From positions 896,001 to 960,000 of the forward strand of contig CAWJMB010000002.1 in assembly GCA_963843845.1 (NCBI GenBank): a stretch of 64,000 nucleotides of DNA, read 5' to 3'. The DNA is from an uncultured Gemmatimonadaceae bacterium. Lineage in GTDB: Bacteria > Gemmatimonadota > Gemmatimonadetes > Gemmatimonadales > Gemmatimonadaceae. The translations under genes were made by a program, and so were the position numbers. Numbering within the stretch: position 1 is the first letter of the stretch; every line of letters begins with the position of its first letter. The notes under the pieces are model-generated. The model was not told where the DNA came from. It saw nothing but the letters and a program-made list of their open reading frames with translations, and ran no database searches. Shown here piece by piece: positions 60,495 through 64,000 of the stretch.

Positions 60495-62000
60495 TCAGGC
60501 GGCGGCGGTCGTCTCGATCCCGGCCATCATGCGGAGCAGGCCGTCCTGCGTCGCGTCGGCGCGCGCGACCTCGCCGACGACGCGCCCGTCCCGCAGCACG
60601 AGCACGCGCGTCGACAGACGCAACAGCTCGGGCAGCTCGCTCGAGATGACGAGCACCGCGACGCCTTCCGCCGCGAGCCCGTCGATCCACGCGTGGATCT
60701 CCGCCTTCGCGCCGACGTCGACGCCGCGCGTGGGCTCGTCGAGCATGAGGATGTCGCAGTCGGCGGCGAGCCACTTCGCGATGACGATCTTCTGCTGGTT
60801 GCCGCCCGAGAGGGCCGCCGTCACCGTCTCCTGCGTCGCGCGCACGCGCAGCCGCTCGAAGGAGGTGCGCGCCCGCTCGCGCTCCGCCGCGCGGTCGATC
60901 CAGCCGAGCCGCGCCACGCGGTCGAGCGTCGGGAGCGTCGCGTTCTCGCGCGTGCGCATCGAGAGCACGAGCCCCTGCTTCTTCCGGTCCTCGGGGACGA
61001 GGCCGATGCGGTGCGCCATCGCCGCGCGCGGGTCGCGCGACGTCACCGGCGCACCGCGGACCAGCACGCGACCGGTCGCCAGCGCGTCCAGCCCGAAGAT
61101 CGCCTGCGCGATCTCCGAGCGCCCGGCCCCGACGAGTCCCGCGAGGCCCAACACCTCGCCGGCGTGCAGCGTGAACGAGACGTCCTCGAAGGTGCCCGGG
61201 TGCGTGAGCCGTTCGACGCGCAGCCGGTCCTCGCCGCGCGTCACGTGCCCGTGTGCCCGTGACTGCCGCTCGACCGGGCGCCCGATCATGAGCTGCACGA
61301 GCCGCGCTTCCGGCAGCTCGGCCGCCGGCCCGGTCGCGACGTGGCGGCCGTCGCGCAGCACGGTGATCGTGTCGCACAGCCGGTAGATCTCCGGCATGCG
61401 GTGCGACACGTAGAGCATCGCGACGCCGTCCGCCTTGAGGTCGTCGATCAGCGCGAACAGCCGCGCCGCGTCGCGCTCGCCGAGTGAGCTCGTCGGCTCG
61501 TCGAACACGATGACGCGCGCGCCGGCGCCGACCGCGGCCGCGATCTGCACGAGCTGCTGCTCGGCCACGCTCAGCGAGGCCATCGCGCGACGCACGTCGA
61601 TGCCGCCGCCGACCGGGGCGAGCACGGCGTCGGCTTCGCGATGCAGCGCGTCGCGGTCGACGAAGCCGAAGCGGCGCGGGATGCGCCCGAGACAGAGGTT
61701 CTCGGCGACCGTGAGGTTCTCGCAGAACGCGAGCTCCTGGTGCACGAGGGCGACGCCGGCGGCGAGCGCGTCGCGCGGACTCGCGAAGCGCACCGGCGCC
61801 CCGCCTAACGCGACCGTGCCGGCGTCCGCCGCGTGGACGCCGGCGAGGATCTTCCCGAGCGTGCTCTTGCCGGCCCCGTTCTCGCCGCAGACGGCGTGAC
61901 ACGTGCCGGCGTGGACGTCGAAGCCGACGTCGGCGAGCGCGGTGACGCCGGGGAACCGCTTCGTGATCCCGGTGAAGCGAACCGCCGGACTACACGTCAT
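60495..62000 (-). CDS. Sugar ABC ATP-binding protein (RbsA-like)
   Basis: GENGAGKST, DEPTSSL, PEDRKKQG, LSGGNQQK, DEPTRGVDVGAK. Confidence 0.94.
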   Translation of the reverse strand: MTCSPAVRFTGITKRFPGVTALADVGFDVHAGTCHAVCGENGAGKSTLGKILAGVHAADAGTVALGGAPVRFASPRDALAAGVALVHQELAFCENLTVAENLCLGRIPRRFGFVDRDALHREADAVLAPVGGGIDVRRAMASLSVAEQQLVQIAAAVGAGARVIVFDEPTSSLGERDAARLFALIDDLKADGVAMLYVSHRMPEIYRLCDTITVLRDGRHVATGPAAELPEARLVQLMIGRPVERQSRAHGHVTRGEDRLRVERLTHPGTFEDVSFTLHAGEVLGLAGLVGAGRSEIAQAIFGLDALATGRVLVRGAPVTSRDPRAAMAHRIGLVPEDRKKQGLVLSMRTRENATLPTLDRVARLGWIDRAAERERARTSFERLRVRATQETVTAALSGGNQQKIVIAKWLAADCDILMLDEPTRGVDVGAKAEIHAWIDGLAAEGVAVLVISSELPELLRLSTRVLVLRDGRVVGEVARADATQDGLLRMMAGIETTAAA

Positions 62001-62030
62001 GCGGAGTCCGGGCGTCGCGAGGACGGACGC

Positions 62031-63092
62031 TCACTTCGGCAGCGCGAGGAACTTCGCGTCGACGTTCGTGAAGCCCCAGTCTCTCAACTGCCGCGCCCAC
62101 GTGCCGAGGTTCGATCGGTCGACGCGGATGAGCTCCATCTGGACGTGCGTCGGCACGTCCCGCTTGTGGTAGACCTTGTCGAAGATCGTCTTCACGCCGA
62201 CGTAGCCCCAGTTGTACGTCGGCTGCGCGAACAGCACCGGCGCGATCCCTTTCTCGACGTACGCGAGCTCCTCGGGGAGCGCGTCGACGGCGACGATCTT
62301 GACCTTCGTCGGGTCGAGGTCGGTGAGCAGCGACTGCGCGAACAGCGGCCACCCGCCGATCATGGCCCACCCGGCGATGTCGGGATACGCGTTCATCGCT
62401 CTGGTCACCTCCGCCGACGCGTCCTGCGGCGTCTCGGCGTGGTAGAACGCGTTCACGACGGTGAGGCCGGGGTGCTTCGCGGCCTCGTCGCGGGCGGCCT
62501 TCACGCGCGTCTGCAGGTTCGGCGCGTTCTGGTTGCCGCCGAGGATCGCGACCTTCCCCGTGCCGCCCATCTGCGTCGCCACCTCCCGCATGACCTGCCG
62601 GCCGATCGCCTCGTCGTCGCCGCCGTAGAAGGCGAAGCGCTTCGACTGCGGGACGTCGCTGTCGAAGGTCATGACCGGCACGCCGCGGTCGACCGCCTCG
62701 TCGATCGCGCCGACGACCTTGCCGGCCTCGCTCGCCGAGAACAGGATCGCGTCCGCGCCGTCGTTCACCGCCTGCGCGATGCGCTGCGCCTGGATCGCCG
62801 CGTCTTCGTTCGGCGGGGTGAGCCAGTCGATCGACACCGCGACGCCCGTCGCCTTCGTGATCTCCGCCGCCGCCGCCTCGGCGCCGGTGCGGCCCGACAG
62901 GAACACGGGGTTCGTCGAGCTCTTGCCGATCATCGCGATGCGGAACGTCTTCCCGCCCGTCGTGTTCGGCAGCGCGGCCGTGCTCTCGCCACGCTTCGCG
63001 GCCGAGTCGGACGTGCCACCGCACGCGAGCGCGACGAGCGGGAGGAGGAGCGTGAGCGCCGCGCGGCGCGTGAACAGTCCGGTCGTTGTCAT
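62031..63092 (-). CDS. Sugar ABC substrate-binding lipoprotein
   Basis: ALAC lipobox, NPVF, GVPVMTFDSD. Confidence 0.9.
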   Translation of the reverse strand: MTTTGLFTRRAALTLLLPLVALACGGTSDSAAKRGESTAALPNTTGGKTFRIAMIGKSSTNPVFLSGRTGAEAAAAEITKATGVAVSIDWLTPPNEDAAIQAQRIAQAVNDGADAILFSASEAGKVVGAIDEAVDRGVPVMTFDSDVPQSKRFAFYGGDDEAIGRQVMREVATQMGGTGKVAILGGNQNAPNLQTRVKAARDEAAKHPGLTVVNAFYHAETPQDASAEVTRAMNAYPDIAGWAMIGGWPLFAQSLLTDLDPTKVKIVAVDALPEELAYVEKGIAPVLFAQPTYNWGYVGVKTIFDKVYHKRDVPTHVQMELIRVDRSNLGTWARQLRDWGFTNVDAKFLALPK

Positions 63093-63391
63093 CCCGTCGA
63101 TCCCTGGTTCGTCGTGGAGGGAGCTACCCGAGTCCGGCGTGCGCAGGTGCGAGCAGAAACCGGATCCGTCTGCCAGAGCGCGCCGCCGCCCGACGCGACT
63201 CGTTCCGTCCACTCGATCGTCGTGCCGCTGCGGCGGAGCGTCGCGCACGGCGTTCCCGCGGGCGTCTCCTGCCCTCCGGCCCGCGTGACGCCGTCGCCGA
63301 CGGCGGTGCCGACCGCCGCGCCGACGGTGCGACTCCGGTCGCGTCGAGAGATCGGGTCGGTCATCGCGCCGCCGGGAGGAGGTGCCGCGCG

Positions 63392-63943
63392 TCAGCGGAT
63401 CGGCAGCCGGACTCCGACGCCGGGATACGGGTTCTTCGAGATCGGCATCGTCGGGTCGGGATCGTCTGGCGTCGTGCTGGCCGTCGAGAGCTTCACGAGC
63501 GCCGTGGCGAGCGCGCCGGCGGCGACGAGGCCGGCGACCGCGACGAGCGCGGATTTCCCCTTGTCGACCTCGCGCCTCGTCACCGACGCGACCTCGGCGC
63601 GGGAGAACGAGAACGACTGCCGCAGCCCGTCGACGCGTGCCGTGCCGTTGCGACTCGCGATCGGCAGCGACAGCGAGACCGAGTCGGGGCCGCGCAGCGT
63701 GAGCCGGCCGTCGAGGATCGTCGCGTACGCGCCCGTCTCCGGCGCGATCCGCGCGCCCGCCGTCGGCGTCACCACCACGCGCACCTCCTCGTCGGGCACG
63801 ACGGCGCCGGTCTCGATCGGCGTGTAGCGATAGCAGCCGCCCACGGTCGGCGACGCGAGGAACGCGAGCCAGACGGCGCGCCTGGCGAGAACGTGGCGAG
63901 AAGTCATCATCGTCAGAGGCTCACGATTGCCGAGTGGGTCCAC
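63392..63943 (-). CDS. Hypothetical lipoprotein
   Basis: VGGC-YRYTP, C-terminal hydrophobic segment. Confidence 0.65.
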   Translation of the reverse strand: MDPLGNREPLTMMTSRHVLARRAVWLAFLASPTVGGCYRYTPIETGAVVPDEEVRVVVTPTAGARIAPETGAYATILDGRLTLRGPDSVSLSLPIASRNGTARVDGLRQSFSFSRAEVASVTRREVDKGKSALVAVAGLVAAGALATALVKLSTASTTPDDPDPTMPISKNPYPGVGVRLPIR

Positions 63944-64000
63944 GGTCCTACAATACGTCGAGCGCAGCGCCCCGCACTACCCGCACGTCGAGGCTCGACC

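Overview
Very GC-rich bacterial chromosomal window. Gene content and style suggest Gemmatimonadota (inference). It holds about 60 protein-coding genes; I saw no rRNA, tRNA, CRISPR array, transposase or integrase. Recognisable blocks: several secreted peptidases/hydrolases; an ATP-grasp + luciferase-like monooxygenase pair; rpsU; pruA; a peptide-ABC/DUF885/Gfo-Idh-MocA operon; nfo; a histone-H1-like SWIB protein; lepB; an orphan groES with a bacilliredoxin; a DUF883/holin-like/DUF3618 triad; a 10-gene Flp/Tad pilus locus (33.6-43.2 kb); a sufR-B-C-D-U-S-U operon; a CotH-like kinase + DUF4956 pair; an M23 peptidase; a sugar ABC transporter. Several conserved genes carry single-base indels that look like sequencing/assembly errors. 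The most unusual signal is a dispersed heptamer GTTAGGC (19 copies found by eye, plus roughly 30 GTTGGGC). It accounts for every TTA Leu codon I found, supplies three TAG stops, and matches the integron core-site consensus GTTRRRY. Also notable: tandem repeats at gene junctions, a ~185-nt intergenic hairpin, a terminator in the rpsU leader and several apparently leaderless genes.
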